This document shows, piece after piece, positions 12,968 through 14,431 of a stretch of 14,431 nucleotides of DNA. Numbering within the stretch: the first letter of the stretch is position 1; every line of letters begins with the position of its first letter. A program made the position numbers and the translations under genes. The DNA comes from a virus (taxonomy: Duplodnaviria; Heunggongvirae; Uroviricota; Caudoviricetes). The notes under the pieces are model-generated. The model saw nothing but the letters and a program-made list of their open reading frames with translations, was not told the origin of the DNA and made no database searches. The stretch lies in IMG/VR virus record IMGVR_UViG_2531839529_000011; one strand, 5' to 3'.

Positions 12968-14431
12968 CTACCCATGACATTTTTTGAATTTTTTTCCTGA
13001 GCCACAATAGCAAGGCTCATTTCTTCCCATTTTTTTTTCATTATTAACTATAGGGAATGTAGACATATATGATGTCGGCTTAGGCAAGATGTCTGTAAGA
13101 ACGCTATACTCCTTCATGGATTTTTTCGCTAATAAGCGCTCATCCTTTGTAAGTGGCTCATCAAACTTACAATAAACAACATCTTCAGAACGGCCCTCAG
13201 AATCTTTGCTTTCCGTTGCAATAATTATCAACTTCTTAATTTGACTGTATTTATACTTCGCCACTAGTGCATACATTTGCACGCAAGAAAAACGCTCCAA
13301 TCTATATTTTTCATATGATAACCCTTCATCACGCGGAAAGAACAAAAAAATATAATATTTGCCTTTTTCGTCAATCGACTCAACAATCCTAGAACTTCTT
13401 CTATTAGTAGGAACCTGTTTGAACTTTTCTATAAATGCCTTAGAAAGATGATATCTTGACACTCTGCTTTCTGCTGCCAGTTGTCTAACTGTTTCCTCAT
13501 GACTATGAAAGTCATTTTCTATACCCAAACCTACAGTTGCAGTAAGAATTGATTCCGAAAGTCTCTGTATCATTTCATCCCAAAACACACTTCCTTTTTT
13601 CATTGCCTTGTAATAATCATACTGAGGAGATTTTTTTAACACTTCCCACTCATTTTCTGCTATTTGCACAAATGTATTTTCAGGTACCAATTTCTCATCT
13701 ACAATCACCCCATGCCCGCTCAAATATGCAGCCAAAGTATCATCTTCTCCTGGACTTAATCTCAGAAGGCCAGAACGGACAACACGTTCCTTCTCTTTCA
13801 AGTAACTAACAAAGTCAGTAATTGTATCTAACTCCGACAATAAGAGATTTAATGACAATTCATCTAACACATGAACAAATGTTTTATTTGGATAAATATC
13901 TCCAATGGAAAAAGGTTGCTCCATACTTTCCTTTATTCCAAATGAGAAAACATTCATGAGAGTACCAGAACTCCCTTCAGCTATACGTGAAAAAAAATTA
14001 GATGCAGGAACCGAACTATTATTGGTTACAGCGATAAGGAAAAACCTCATATCTCTATTTATTTTAACTGGAAAGGGAACTTTGCATTTTTTATCTAAGA
14101 ACAATCGTCCATGATGATCTTTTAAAAACTTCTCTGCCCCATGTAACTGAACAGCCGATTCAGTTATGGATCTTTTAAACCATCTTTTCCATGCTATAGA
14201 AACTTCAATCTCTTCGTTAAAGTTAATATCCTTATCTGAAAATAAAATCACATTATCTTCAAAAACAACTAATAAATCACACACCTCCTTCCCCGATTTG
14301 TTTTTAGAAAGCCCTTCATCACTATACACATTAGGATATGACCATAAACCAATAAACGCACTATTAGCCAGTTCTATTAATCTTTTTTCAGTTTGATTAA
14401 CTCCCTGCCCTTTGTTAATCACTTTTAACAT
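12968..14431 (-). CDS. 487-aa protein of unknown function with C-terminal SEC-C zinc-binding motif; low-GC cargo in the P4-type hotspot position (candidate defence protein)
   Basis: Complete ORF whose ATG is the last three bases of the window. C-terminus ...[17 protein letters not shown] is a canonical SEC-C motif (as at the SecA C-terminus and in YecA). About 30-33% GC against about 55-63% in the backbone. No family recognised for the body. Confidence 0.8.
   Translation of the reverse strand: MLKVINKGQGVNQTEKRLIELANSAFIGLWSYPNVYSDEGLSKNKSGKEVCDLLVVFEDNVILFSDKDINFNEEIEVSIAWKRWFKRSITESAVQLHGAEKFLKDHHGRLFLDKKCKVPFPVKINRDMRFFLIAVTNNSSVPASNFFSRIAEGSSGTLMNVFSFGIKESMEQPFSIGDIYPNKTFVHVLDELSLNLLLSELDTITDFVSYLKEKERVVRSGLLRLSPGEDDTLAAYLSGHGVIVDEKLVPENTFVQIAENEWEVLKKSPQYDYYKAMKKGSVFWDEMIQRLSESILTATVGLGIENDFHSHEETVRQLAAESRVSRYHLSKAFIEKFKQVPTNRRSSRIVESIDEKGKYYIFLFFPRDEGLSYEKYRLERFSCVQMYALVAKYKYSQIKKLIIIATESKDSEGRSEDVVYCKFDEPLTKDERLLAKKSMKEYSVLTDILPKPTSYMSTFPIVNNEKKMGRNEPCYCGSGKKFKKCHG

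Larger units (their letters stand above)
1081..14431. mobile_element. P4-like satellite prophage / phage-inducible chromosomal island integrated at the argW 3' end (left junction only; right end outside window)
   Basis: Integrase immediately downstream of the tRNA, then alpA, alpha-type primase-helicase, iterons, sid/psu/delta late module with TGT-N12-ACA late promoter, plus two low-GC cargo modules. The 3' end of the tRNA is not repeated anywhere inside the window, so attR is not present here. Confidence 0.8.

Noticed and set aside
12705-13013. 102-aa minus-strand ORF spanning the terminator and repeat region and overlapping the 3' end of the SEC-C gene.
   Set aside because: It runs through the late-operon terminator hairpin and the GCATGA repeats, overlaps the stop region of a much better gene, and has no RBS; treated as non-coding.
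13549-14396. Plus-strand ORFs (13549-13809, 13905-14114, 14166-14396) inside the 487-aa minus-strand gene.
   Set aside because: Short antisense frames within a long continuous ORF in AT-rich DNA, with no start signals.

Overview
This window reads as an Escherichia-type chromosome. The left flank is the conserved yfdC gene (FNT-family transporter) and tRNA-Arg(CCU) argW. From the tRNA 3' end onward everything is a P4-like satellite prophage (phage-inducible island) whose right end and attR lie beyond the window. Island order: P4-type tyrosine integrase; an AT-rich cargo gene split by an in-frame TAG; alpA; a divergently transcribed small RHH regulator with a palindromic operator; an icd-like gene, three small coupled ORFs and an alpha-type primase-helicase whose original N-terminus is cut by an in-frame TAG; a 9-bp iteron array (ori/crr-like); an Ogr/Delta-type late promoter; sid-like; psu, split by an intact IS66-family element with a perfect 8-bp target duplication; a delta/ogr zinc-finger activator; a terminator; and finally an AT-rich leftward gene for a 487-aa protein ending in a SEC-C zinc motif. 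That last gene sits where P4-family satellites carry their variable anti-phage hotspot and is my top candidate for an undescribed function; the int-proximal AT-rich cargo is the second. All calls rest on reading the sequence and on recalled family signatures; no database search or folding was run.
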